Shown here: positions 49,879 through 59,708 of the stretch, one piece after another
How positions within the stretch are numbered: the stretch's first letter is position 1
Layout of the letters: every line of letters starts with the position of its first letter
Source of the DNA: Ostreococcus lucimarinus
Taxonomy: Eukaryota
Length of the DNA stretch: 64,000 nucleotides
Direction: 5' to 3' (one strand)
Assembly (NCBI GenBank): GCA_000092065.1
Contig: CP000595.1
Made by a program: the position numbers and the translations under genes
The notes under the pieces: model-generated
What the model was told of the DNA's origin: nothing
Seen by the model: the letters and a program-made list of their open reading frames with translations, nothing else
Databases searched by the model: none

Positions 49879-50523
49879 CTATCGCACCGAACCAACCCGT
49901 TGCGTGAACAAAAAGTCCGGATACACCTTAGTCAGTCGCTCCAAGCTCGGCATCGTCATGTTCGCGATGATCTTCTCATTCTTCTCCACCAACGTCTTAA
50001 ACTCCTTCATGGAAATCACCCCATCCTTCGTCAAATCGCAATCCTCGAACGTTTTGTTCAGCACCGCCTCCATCATCTCCTTCGTCAGCGTCATCGCCTT
50101 CGACTGTCGCAGCACCGCCTCCAACATCTCTCGCACGTCCTCCCTTTCGATCGCGCCCGTCCCGCGCAAGTCATACACCCTAAATGCAAACTCCGTCTTC
50201 TCGTTTCGCGTCGCTTGCGGATGAAACACGCTCAAGCCTTTCACAAATTCCTCAAACGTCAACTGTCCGTCCCGCGCGCTGTCAAAGCACGCGAAGATTC
50301 GTTCGCTAAACAAATCTCTCGTCTTCCCTCCGTTCACTTCGCGGCCGAAGAGCGCGAGTTGGAACTCATCCGCGTCGATCGCGCCGTCGGCGTCGTGCGA
50401 GCGGCTCACCTTGGAGAAGACATCGCGCAAGACTCGAATTTGTCCCGGTCGAAAGTGTGTCTGGTCGGCGAGGCGTTGGCGCTCGCGCTCCTCGTCCACG
50501 GGACCGGAGGCGACGCAGCCCAT
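49879..50523 (-). CDS. CBL: Calcineurin B-like (CBL/SOS3-type) EF-hand calcium sensor, N-myristoylation/palmitoylation motif MGCxxS
   Basis: ATG at 50523 was verified. Over its full length it is collinear with plant CBLs (EFQLALF...RIFACFD...FEEFVKGLSVFHP...FAFRVYDLRGTGAIEREDV...KTFEDCDLTKDGVISMKEF...MTMPSLERLTKVYPDFLF). Confidence 0.85.
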   Translation of the reverse strand: MGCVASGPVDEERERQRLADQTHFRPGQIRVLRDVFSKVSRSHDADGAIDADEFQLALFGREVNGGKTRDLFSERIFACFDSARDGQLTFEEFVKGLSVFHPQATRNEKTEFAFRVYDLRGTGAIEREDVREMLEAVLRQSKAMTLTKEMMEAVLNKTFEDCDLTKDGVISMKEFKTLVEKNEKIIANMTMPSLERLTKVYPDFLFTQRVGSVR

Positions 50524-50651
50524 GCGCGCGGGTGACGCGACGTTCGTCGCGCCGATTCGATGCGCGGTCGGACGAGGCGCGCGGCGCGGCGCGGCGCGGA
50601 GTGAGGCGAGCCCCTGCGGCGGTTTGGAATTGGTTTCGCGGCCAACAAGAG

Positions 50652-52085
50652 CTAAAGGAAATCGAACAATCGCAAAATGGCGTCGAAGACGCCGACGGCG
50701 ACTTTTTCATCCATCACGGCGTCGACATCGATGGCGACTTCGTCAGCCATGAGGGCGGTTTCCGCGATTTTCTGAAACGCGTATTGCGCGGCGATTAACG
50801 CCGCGATGGCGGCGGTTTTCGCGTTGACGGCGTTGGGAGAGCTAATGTCGGAATCTTCGCGTTGACACGCGTTCATGGTGTTCACGTGCTCGCCCTCGTC
50901 GTCGCGAATGTTGCTAAAGACGTCGAACAGCGATCTGATTTGCGGACGTCTCAAGCGCACCTCTCTCGCGGTTTGGAACTCGTCGAAAAGGTACAAATCG
51001 GCGGCTTCGTAATATTCGACGGCGATTCTCGGCGCGGGCATGCTCTTCAGGAGCTCGGCGTTTTGATCGACGAATTGCCCGTACGTGTCCACGGCGTGTC
51101 CCTCGATGAGCTCTGAGAAGTTATACGCCAACGCCGGAGATATGAGCCACAGCGCGACGAGCACGAAGTAATACACGATGGCGGCGTGCTGGCCCAAAAA
51201 ACGATCCCGCCAACACGCGTCGCCGCCGAGCGACTCCATGACGAGCAGATGATGATACTCGTTCCATTCCTCCGCGAAGTGCACTTTACGAAGCTCCGAG
51301 CTTCGTCGCCACCATCCCAAGATTTCATAAAACGTCAGCATGGACGTGTAACTAAAGTACGGCATCCTCGCGACGGTTTCAAGAAACCAAAACCGTTGCA
51401 CCGGCTGCGTCTCGTCGAACAATTTATCCAACATCACGCACAGCGCCACGTACGGCACCTTCAGTATCCAAGGCGCCGAAATCTCCGGCCTCGCTCGCTC
51501 CCGCGCCCAAATCGCGTCCGCGTCCAATCGCAGCGCGTCCATCTTCGCCCGCAACTCGGCCGGCATCGCGTCTCGCGCCTTCTCCGTCTCTGGCGTATTC
51601 GCGTCGAAATACGCCATCATCTCTCTGAGCTCGCGCGCGAAGTTCTCGGTGCCGCTCTGCAAAAACCCTCGCGGCACACCGTGTCGTTCGATGTCGATGT
51701 AGCACCCTCGCAAGCTCGCGATGTAGCCGTACGAACACGAAAACTCGACGTCGTCGTCGTCGTCTCGCGACGCCTCCCTCGCGAGCGTCGCCGCCGCGTA
51801 CGCCAGCTCCGCTTTCGCCAGCGCCGCCTTCGCCGCGTCGCGAGACGCCCGCAGGGCGTCGACGTCGGTGTTTCGCGCGATCGCGGCCCTCGTTTCGCGC
51901 GTCGTCGCGCTCGCGAAGGCGTCGGCGACGTCTTCCGGGACGTCGGCACCGTCCTCGACGCCGTCGCGCGTCGCGCGCGCGCGACGCCGCGCGCGCGACG
52001 TCGCGAGACGCCGACCGCGCCTCGGTCCGTTCGCGCGCGCGACGACGCGCGCGCGCGACGGCGCGACGGCGCGCGGCGTCGTCAT
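50652..52085 (-). CDS. PTOX: Plastid terminal oxidase (PTOX/IMMUTANS; plastoquinol oxidase, di-iron carboxylate family), plastid-targeted
   Basis: All iron-ligand motifs are present: LETVARMPYF, EEWNEYHHLL, ELIEGHAVDTY and DDEGEHV. It is collinear with Arabidopsis IMMUTANS from WIIKLEQ to the C-terminus. The ORF runs up to 52943 but would overlap the divergent gene; the first non-overlapping ATG at 52085 was verified and gives a transit-peptide-like MTTPRAVAPSRARV.... Confidence 0.85.
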   Translation of the reverse strand: MTTPRAVAPSRARVVARANGPRRGRRLATSRARRRARATRDGVEDGADVPEDVADAFASATTRETRAAIARNTDVDALRASRDAAKAALAKAELAYAAATLAREASRDDDDDVEFSCSYGYIASLRGCYIDIERHGVPRGFLQSGTENFARELREMMAYFDANTPETEKARDAMPAELRAKMDALRLDADAIWARERARPEISAPWILKVPYVALCVMLDKLFDETQPVQRFWFLETVARMPYFSYTSMLTFYEILGWWRRSSELRKVHFAEEWNEYHHLLVMESLGGDACWRDRFLGQHAAIVYYFVLVALWLISPALAYNFSELIEGHAVDTYGQFVDQNAELLKSMPAPRIAVEYYEAADLYLFDEFQTAREVRLRRPQIRSLFDVFSNIRDDEGEHVNTMNACQREDSDISSPNAVNAKTAAIAALIAAQYAFQKIAETALMADEVAIDVDAVMDEKVAVGVFDAILRLFDFL

Positions 52086-52114
52086 GACGCCGACCGCCGA
52101 CGACGCGCCAAACA

Positions 52115-53305
52115 ATGACGCGATGTTCGACGGCTCGCCTCGCGACGCCGAGCCCGCGCGCGCGCGCGCGCGACGCGCGCGCTCGAGCGGTTCGCGACGA
52201 CGCCCCCGCGCGCTGGCGATGTCCGGCGTGCCTTCGACGGGGCGCGCGGGAGCGGTTGCGGTCGGAGCGGGACGCCAACTGTATCGACGGCGGCGATGAA
52301 AAACGCGCCGCGGCGACGTATCGCTGCGCGAACGGACACGCGCTCGACGCGAGCGCGTCTGGGTACGTGAATTTGTTCGTCGGGAAGCGCGCGCGAGGGG
52401 ACTCGAGGGCGCAGCTGCGCGCGAGACGGCGATTTTTGGTCGAGGGCGGGCACTTCGGCGCGCTGAGCGAGGCGGTGGCGGACGCGGTGTTGGGACGCGC
52501 GGCGGACGCGCGCGATGGGGACGCGGAATTAGGGTTAGCGGTAGAATTAAGGTCTGGAGGCGATGCGGCGTCGACGACGGCGACGTCGCCACGAGCGAGA
52601 CGCATGGCGCGGAAGCGGGAAGCGAGGAGCGAAGCGCGCGCGGCGAATCCGAACGCGGCGAACCCGAACGCGGCGTCGGCGAAGGTGAAGGCGAAACCGC
52701 TCCGAGTGGTCGATTTCGGGTGCGGTGAGGGCTATTATTCATCCGTCGTGCTCGAGCGCGCGAGAGCGCGGGATGACGTCGAGTTGGAACTCGCGGCGTT
52801 GGACGCTTCGAAGGACGCCGCCGATTTGTGCGCGGCGGCCATCGGCCGATTCGCGCGCGTCGCCGTCGCTGACGCGACGCGCGATTTGCCCCTGGACGAT
52901 GATAGCGTAGACGTCGCCATGAGTGTATTCGCACCGCGTTCACCGACGGAGCTCGCGAGGGTACTAAGGAAAGGCGGTCGAGCCGTCGTCGCGAGTCCGG
53001 ACGACGATCACATGGTCGAGCTTCGCGACGCGTTCCGGGACGACGACAAAATCACCGTCCTCGGCGTCGAGCCGAACAAGTCCACTCGCGTTGATGAAGC
53101 TTTTCTTGCCGCCGGGTTCGACGTCGTGTTCCGACGCGCGATTCGCGACGTGGTTCCGCTTCCCGCCGACGCCGTAGCCGATCTCGTCTTCATGGGTCCG
53201 AGTGGCTTTCACAACCCAGAATCAGCTATTCGCGACGCAGTCGGCGATGCCCCGCGTGTCGTGACGATATCGTTTAACGTTGTCGTGTACGCTTTGCTTC
53301 GGTGA
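52115..53305 (+). CDS. RlmA/RrmA-type 23S rRNA (guanine-N1)-methyltransferase, organellar
   Basis: ATG at 52115 was verified. It has the N-terminal zinc-finger CPAC...CANGHALD, GYVNLF, the class-I methyltransferase motif I VVDFGCGEGYY, and collinearity with E. coli RlmA. Confidence 0.7.
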   Translation: MTRCSTARLATPSPRARARDARARAVRDDAPARWRCPACLRRGARERLRSERDANCIDGGDEKRAAATYRCANGHALDASASGYVNLFVGKRARGDSRAQLRARRRFLVEGGHFGALSEAVADAVLGRAADARDGDAELGLAVELRSGGDAASTTATSPRARRMARKREARSEARAANPNAANPNAASAKVKAKPLRVVDFGCGEGYYSSVVLERARARDDVELELAALDASKDAADLCAAAIGRFARVAVADATRDLPLDDDSVDVAMSVFAPRSPTELARVLRKGGRAVVASPDDDHMVELRDAFRDDDKITVLGVEPNKSTRVDEAFLAAGFDVVFRRAIRDVVPLPADAVADLVFMGPSGFHNPESAIRDAVGDAPRVVTISFNVVVYALLR

Positions 53306-53411
53306 TGCTGTGCCCATAGACTCCCGTATCGTCGTGTTGTTTGTCAATCAAGCAATCAATTGTGTGCTCGCGCTACAATATCTAGTTAAAAATTCAAAGA
53401 ATGGAACTGGT

Positions 53412-55280
53412 TTACTGATTGATGGACGCCATCGTGCGCACGACGACGTGCCCGAGTCCTTCGTCAAAGGCGATACCGTTCTGAGTCAACCAGCGCATGA
53501 TGTCGCCGTGAATAACGCGTCCGCCGCGGCTGTGATTCCCTCGCCCGGTGATGAGTTTGATTGACCAGTCCGAACTCACCATTGGCGCTATCTTCAGCAG
53601 TTCGCGCTCGAGACGTCGAATCGCGTCCAACCTATCGTAACCGTGGAAATCAATGACGCGATTGAAGCCTCGATTATCGTTGTCCGCTGTCGAAGGTGCT
53701 ACAACCTCGGTATCAATCGACTCGAGCGCCTGCTTCAATTTCGCCTTTTCGCCGAGCAACGCCGCGGCGCGTGTATCGCCCCTATCTCTCTGCACTCGCA
53801 AGCGCGACATTTCTTCAGAGAGCTCTTCTAGACGCGCGGCGTTTCTATCCGACAAATTTACGCTTAACCTCTGCGTCTTCGCCTTTGGACCTTGTAGGAA
53901 CGCCAAGTGTTTTGCAGCGTTTATGATTTCCGCGCGCGCCCCGCTGACTTCCCAATTCGGCGTCGAGCTGGGCGGCGGCTTAGAGACCCAAGTCGTCCCG
54001 CTCGTGATTGTCACCTCTCGTCGGTCGGTACCTAATCCGGCGGCTTGGAGACGGCGCGTAGTTTCCTCATCACGAGCTTTCCGACGTTGCGCTTTCGCTT
54101 GTGCGCGGCGGATCTTCTTGCTCAGCCCTTTGCTGATTCCTTCCTTCTTGGAAGAATTGTCTTCGGATTCGGGTTCGGAGTCATATTCGGATTCGGATCC
54201 ATATTCGTCGTCTTCCGTATCGTACTCCGAATAGTATTCATCGTTGTCGTACATGTCCTCGATGTCCGGCGCGATGCTGGCCAACAAATCTTGCGCCGTC
54301 GCCTCCATGTCGTAGCCAAATCGAATGAACGTCGTCTTCACAAACTCTGGATGATGCTCCTCGAACATCTCGCACAAGCTCAAGTACTCGCGTCGTATGT
54401 TATTTCGTCGTTTTTCCTCCTTCAGTGCCTGCTTTTTCGCCTCGGCGACGGCGCGTTCCGCCATTTCCTCCGCCGTCAACGGCCGCGCCTCCTCGCGCGC
54501 CTTTGCCTTCGCCTTCGCCGCCGCGATTTGTTTCTTCGTCATATACTCCGGTCGCGTCGACGTCGCGCGCGGTGCCGCCTCGCTCGTTCGCCCCAACGAG
54601 TGTTTGTTCTTAGTCGGACTCGCCAATCCCGGAATCGCCGACGAAGATCCCGAGTGCCGCCCCGAATCGCTCGTCTCGCCCCCGAATCCAAAATCGACGC
54701 TGCCGTCTCTCATCTTCACTCCTAGCCGACACTCCAACCGCAGCGCCTCATCGCTCGCGCCCAACGCCCGCAAATCCAACCCCTCGTCTCGCGCCAAATC
54801 CTCCGCGACGACGTCGCCCAGAGTTCTCCACTCCATCGTCTCCGGCGCGAACACCGACACGTGCGGCGTCGCCGGCGTCTCCAGCCCCGTCAGCTCGCGA
54901 TCCATCTCGATCGACACCGCCATCACCATCGCGCGCGGTCGCACGCACGCGTGCGTCATCGTCACCGTCACCGCGCGCGATCGCCGTCGCCGCGCGAGCT
55001 CGAGCACTCGCGTCGTCGCGTCTCGATCCGGCGCGTGCGCGAGCGTCACGTGATCCGCCGACGATTTCGCGCCCGGCGGCGCGCACGACATCCCCAGCAG
55101 TCGGTGCGCGAGCGCCCACACCTTTCGGCGCGCGTCGGCGTCCAGGAACAGGCCGGCGTAGTGCGCGTCGCCGTCGCCGTCGTCATCATCGCGCGCCATG
55201 ATGTGAAGCGACGCGCGCGCGCGGCGTCGTCCGTCGGCACACGGCGACGCGCGCGCGCGCGGCGTCGCGAGCGAACGCAT
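53412..55280 (-). CDS. Smr-domain protein of N4BP2/Cue2 type: N-terminal 2H-phosphoesterase-like motifs, CUE-like segment, DUF1771 and C-terminal Smr nuclease domain
   Basis: The C-terminal Smr domain reads VIDFHGYDRLDAIRRLERELL...ITGRGNHSRGGRVIHGDIMRWL. Upstream are a basic coiled region (DUF1771-like) and a CUE-like helix LCEMFEEHHPEFVKTTFIRFGYDMEATAQDLL. The N-terminal region carries two H-x-T/S-x motifs (DHVTLAH and PHVSVFA) about 60 residues apart, as in 2H phosphoesterases. Start is ATG 55280, with an alternative at 55199; both verified. Confidence 0.6.
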   Translation of the reverse strand: MRSLATPRARASPCADGRRRARASLHIMARDDDDGDGDAHYAGLFLDADARRKVWALAHRLLGMSCAPPGAKSSADHVTLAHAPDRDATTRVLELARRRRSRAVTVTMTHACVRPRAMVMAVSIEMDRELTGLETPATPHVSVFAPETMEWRTLGDVVAEDLARDEGLDLRALGASDEALRLECRLGVKMRDGSVDFGFGGETSDSGRHSGSSSAIPGLASPTKNKHSLGRTSEAAPRATSTRPEYMTKKQIAAAKAKAKAREEARPLTAEEMAERAVAEAKKQALKEEKRRNNIRREYLSLCEMFEEHHPEFVKTTFIRFGYDMEATAQDLLASIAPDIEDMYDNDEYYSEYDTEDDEYGSESEYDSEPESEDNSSKKEGISKGLSKKIRRAQAKAQRRKARDEETTRRLQAAGLGTDRREVTITSGTTWVSKPPPSSTPNWEVSGARAEIINAAKHLAFLQGPKAKTQRLSVNLSDRNAARLEELSEEMSRLRVQRDRGDTRAAALLGEKAKLKQALESIDTEVVAPSTADNDNRGFNRVIDFHGYDRLDAIRRLERELLKIAPMVSSDWSIKLITGRGNHSRGGRVIHGDIMRWLTQNGIAFDEGLGHVVVRTMASINQ

Positions 55281-55424
55281 CGCGCAAACCGCGCGTCGAG
55301 CGCTCGACGTCGCGCGCGAACCGCGACGCGAAATCGTCGAACGGCGCGCGAATCGTCGCGAATCGCGAGAGGCAACGGTGACGGACGAGACGACGACGCG
55401 CGGCGTCGCGCGACGACGGCGACG

Positions 55425-55604
55425 ATGCTGCTGCGGCGTGGAGAGTTTGTGTTTCTAGCGGCGGTGCTCGTGGGGGCGTACGGCGTCGATCGAGGGATCA
55501 CGGCGCTGGTGGCGGCGACGTGCGCGTACTACGCGGCGAGGTGGGCGACGAGGCGACGAGGCGAGACGGACGCGCGAGGGAACGAAGACGACGAACGACG
55601 ACGA

Positions 55605-55636
<32 letters not shown>

Positions 55637-58600
55637 ACTGACGGGAGGCGGTGGTGCTGCGCGACGTAGGTTTTTCTTGCTGAAGCGAGCGATACGGGCG
55701 ATACGAAGATTGAAAGAGCTGCGCGAGGCGGCGATGAAGCGGTCGAACGAGCTTCGAGGGGTGTTGCTCGAGGAGTATAAGATTCGAGCGTTTCAGAGCG
55801 TGTCGCTGAAGTTGTTCGACATGCCGCATCAGCCGCGGCGAATGCGACAGGCGGTGCGAATTTGGCGGGCGTGGCGGGTGCAGACGAAGCTCAAGGCGAA
55901 ATTAAAGGATATTCGCGGCGACGGGTTGAGCGTGCTGCACAAGACGGAGGAGGATTTGCGAGAGGCGATGTCGGCGCACGGATTGGCGACGATGCCGCCG
56001 AGCGGGGGAGCGATGCATTTAGATCCGACGTTGGAGGCTTTGAAGGCGTGCTCGGCGTGTCGTGGGATGTCGGAGAGCGCTTTGGCGACGCTTCGCTCGC
56101 GGGCGAAAACCGTCGTCGTGCGCCCGAAAGAGCGCGTGGGCGAATCGGTGGCGCGCGACGAGTTGACCGTGTTGGTCGACGGCGAGGTTGATTTGCGAGG
56201 ACAGATAGAGATTGATGTGAGTGTGCGAGGAGACGTCGAGCAGAAAGCGATGACGACTTTGTGTTCGCGGCCGGGAACGTGCTTGAATTCTTTCATGGAT
56301 ATATTAGAACACATTCCGGCGCCGGCTGAGGCGAACGAAGGAGAAGACGCGGCGCGTGCGCTTTCGTCACCATCGGTTGACGGTTTGGGCGAAGAATCGA
56401 CGCCAGCGATGTCACTGAAATCTCATGACGAGAGTGGAGAGCGCGTGCGCGTGCGTCTGACGTTTGGTTCGGATCACGAGCTTCACCGGCGCGATCGCGT
56501 GCGCGTCTCTGCGCGCGCCGCCAATCGAGGTTGCGTCTTAGCGGTGTTTCGCATGTCGGATTATCACGAGTGCGCTGGCACTGTGATTGGCACCCAAGGG
56601 GTGGCGCTGAGACTCGCGAGTGGGTTCGCGGCGGTGTGCAAGTATGTGGGCATGATGGGGGACATGAGATCGCTCTGGGTGCACGATAGAGGCGCCGACG
56701 AGCCGCAACCGAGCGACAGCGACGAAGAGGCACTTGTATGCACACACGCGTTATCTCGGATGCTGGACGCCAAAGTAGTGAGCTTGATTGATACGAGTGG
56801 CGTTATTGCTACGTTGGAGCGACATGGGTACAGAAAACGTAGCTCCGGAGCGGCGTCGAAGAGCGGCGGATTCTTCGCTAGGCGCAAGGAAAAGAAGAAC
56901 GCTGAGCCAGAACCAGAGCCGACGTCGGAAGTCTCGGTCGAGACGAAAGTGTTTCCTCCTGGTGCGATCGTGTTACAACAAGGTGCTTCAGCCGCTGCAC
57001 TCATCGTCGAACGAGGCTCGCTAGAAGCGCTCGTCGAAGCAGTACCATCCTCGAGACGAGAAAAGCCACCGCTACCGAATTCCTCGCCGCGAATTCGTCA
57101 GGCATCAGAGACGCCAATTTTCACCGCCAACGTCGGCGACATCGTTGGTTCACATTTGCTGTTGACTGGTCAGCGCAGCGGTCTGACGATTCGTGCTGGT
57201 TCGAGCGGTGCCGTTGTGGTTTTGCTTCCGTTGAGTACCCTGGCTCGCTTGGGCCGCACGCGCGCTGCCATAACACATAAGATGGTCGTGTCACTCGCAC
57301 GAAGAGTGCGCGACGCACCGAGCTCACTGATTTGGGATCGATGTGGCGCTGAAATGGAAACGCTCGAGGCGGGTGAAGCTTTAAATGCGCGTGCAGGCGG
57401 CGTGCACATCGTCGTCACGGGTTGCCTGCGGGAACAGATGGAAGAACCCCACGGGCTATCGCGCGCGAATTCTTCGCAAAATTTGTTCAAGCGACGAAAG
57501 TCGCAAAGTGGTAAGTCTACCGCTGCGTACGTTCCAAGTGGTCCTGGCTACGTCGTGAGCCCTGGCGAGGCGACTGGAGAAGATTCGGTTCTCATGGAAA
57601 CCACCGCATCGCGACCCATGGCGGCGACGCCGAGATCGAGACGGCAGAGCTTGATGGCACCCGCGGCTAGGTTCACAGCGCGTGCTGTGCGAGACTCGCA
57701 AGTGTTATGGATATCATCCGCCGGATTGGACACGCTCGCGTTCGCCGCGCCCACGGCATTCGTACGCCTGGCGCGCGGTTTGGGTTTGCGTCAGGCCAAT
57801 CGTACGGCGGCGTTGTCCGGAACCGCGCACACGGCGCCTCTGATTCCTGGTTTAGTGCTTTCCCAGAAGGCGTCCAACGCGCCGAAGACAGTCTCAGTCA
57901 TTCCCGTCACCGAAGGTGCCGCCGTTCATTTGGACGAATTTTGCTACTCCTTAGCCTTCGCGCTGAGTAAGATTTGTCGCGCGAGAACAGTGGACTCCGC
58001 GTGCCGGCTTGGGGAACTCGGACAAGCCGCTATCGGACCGCTCGCACAAGAAGCGACGGCGAATTGGCTTTCTCAACTTGAATCAGCGTATGACGTCGTG
58101 ATCTTGAAAGGGGATCCTTTCCCGTCGCCTTGGTGCGCACAATGCGCTCGACACAGCGATACCATTTTGCTCGTCGCCAACGCAAACGATCAAGCGCCGA
58201 CGCACGAGGAAGGGCAAACTCTACAAGATCGCCTTCTTCACGGTCTCGGTGAGACAAAATTTCAACGCGTCTTGCTTGCTCAACGAGAACTTGTGCTTTT
58301 GCACCAAGACGCCGATGTGACGCCCAAGGATACGAAATCTTGGCTCACGGCGTTCAGCGTCCAACGTCATCATCACGTCGCCATGCAGGCGTCTTCTGGT
58401 CTCGTGCCGTCGCATGCCGCGCGTCTCGCCCGCTCACTTCGCGAGTTATCCGTTGGTTTAGTCATGGGTGGTGGAGGTGCACGTGGGTTGGCTCACGTGG
58501 GTGTTCTCGCGGCGATGGAAGAAGAGGGCGTTCCGATCGACGCCGTCGGCGGTACGTCCATCGGCGCCATGGTCGGCGGCATGTACGCTCGCGACCCTAG

Positions 58601-59648
58601 CGCCCTTCTCGTTCGCATCATGGTGACGAAGTTTGCCAAGGAAATGTCTAGCGCGTGGGGACGCGTGATCGATCTCACCCTTCCCGTCGTCAGTTACTTC
58701 ACCGGCTGGGGCATGAACCGTGCGCTCGGCATAAATCTCGGCGAAACGAAAATCGAAGACTGCTGGCTGCCGTTCTTTTGCTGCACGCTCGATTTAATCT
58801 CGTGCATGCCAATCGTGCACCGAAACGGTACGCTTTGGCGCTACGTGCGCGCGAGCATGGCACTTGTCGGTTTTTTACCTCCCGTGTGTGACACCGAGCA
58901 AGGACAACAGAAGAACATGCACGTGCTCGTGGACGGCGGATACGTCAATAATCTACCCACGGATGTCATGCGCGCGTTGGGCGCGCACTACGTCATCGCC
59001 GTCGACGTCGCGGGCGAAGGCTTGGATGGGCAATCGCTTACGCCTTGGGGCGATGGTATCAGCGGCACGTGGTTGCTTTTGCGACGACTCCTTCCGCGAT
59101 GGCTCGGTGGTGGACATTCCATCCCGACCATGGCGGACATGCAAGGGCAGCTTCCGTTTGTCACCGACACCGTCAAGCACCAAACGCGCTTGGAAGACAT
59201 CGACGTGTACATTCGTCCGAATGTCTCGAGCATCGGGATTTTGGAATTCAACAAGTACAGCGCCATCATTCGTCACGGTTACGACATCGGTATCAAGATG
59301 GCGCGCGAGTGGAAGTCTGAAAATCCCGACGTCGCGTTACTACTCGAGCAAGGGAGAAACATTCGTCGCGGCTTGACGACGATGCGGTCGGCTCGCTCGG
59401 GCAATCCGAGCGCGACAAACTCACGAGAATCCATCGCTAGCGACTCGGGCAGTGACGCAACCTCGGCGTACGGCAGCGCGGAGGATTTGCACAACCACCG
59501 TCACACCCTCAAGCCACTCAGCGAAGGTTTGCTGAGCGAATTCTCCGACGACGACGACGTCCATGTCCGCTCCCTGCTGCGAACCAATAGTTCATTCGCG
59601 AGCTGGACACCCGCACCGAAACAAAAACGGCCACCAGACATGTTTTAA
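55425..59648 (+). CDS. Neuropathy-target-esterase-like lysophospholipase (NTE/SWS/PNPLA6 family): N-terminal TM, cyclic-nucleotide-binding-like domains, C-terminal patatin domain
   Basis: ATG at 55425 is in frame within ORF 54861..59648. The N-terminal hydrophobic segment is FVFLAAVLVGAYGV. The patatin domain has GLVMGGGGARGLAHVGVL, GGTSIGAMVGGMYA and the DGGYVNNLP catalytic dyad Asp. The central region resembles the cNMP-binding repeats of NTE. A Thr10 tract is encoded by (ACG)n at about 55607-55640. Confidence 0.8.
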
Positions 59649-59708
59649 TTCGTGTACCACAACGCTGCTACGCTAGATAGATGTAAATTTACAATCATTT
59701 GTTTGTTT

